Below, in pieces: positions 33,161 through 33,310 of a DNA stretch of 33,310 nt. The first letter of the stretch is position 1. Each line of letters opens with the position of its first letter. The notes beneath the pieces are model-generated. The model had not been told where the DNA came from. It made no database searches and was given only the letters and a program-made list of their open reading frames with translations. The stretch covers positions 80,436,528 through 80,469,837 of the forward strand of contig NC_068987.1 of NCBI RefSeq assembly GCF_001194135.2. Reading direction: 5' to 3'. The stretch is from Octopus bimaculoides. Its lineage: Eukaryota. A program made the translations under genes and the position numbers.

Positions 33161-33310
33161 ATTATTTAAAATTATAATACAGGGTATCAAGAGATACCAC
33201 CACGCTGAAAAAATAGCAGTCAAATCTTGACTCTAAAACCACAATAAATGTCCGCATGGCACGATTAGCGAAGACCAAGACCAAATAAACCAGTAAAAAT
33301 AAAGATAATT

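Overview
This is AT-rich, microsatellite-rich eukaryotic DNA with five N-gaps. The repeat landscape suggests an octopus or other coleoid cephalopod (inference from recalled repeat families, not a database search). The only host gene I can support is on the minus strand. Two spliced coding exons (23858-23620 and 13479-13271, intron 10,140 nt) join in frame to encode a Rab-binding helix (PDLTGLTNEE...) and most of a RIM-type FYVE-like zinc finger. This is the N-terminus of a large RIM/Rab-effector-like gene that continues off the left edge or into a gap. The rest is intronic and packed with mobile-element debris: a complete but dead Hsmar1-like mariner, an R4/Dong-type LINE fragment, a decayed LINE RT fragment, a possible Penelope GIY-YIG relic, Tigger-like and piggyBac-like MITEs, and about 20 SINE copies of several families. 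I found no prokaryotic-type system (CRISPR, operon, defence locus). The best leads are a 27-nt cryptic or recursive-splicing exon in the RIM-like intron, a hammerhead-ribozyme-like core at about 5.3 kb, a 190-bp cruciform-like element, and a head-to-head SINE pair that could be an ADAR substrate. All are hypotheses from reading the sequence by eye.
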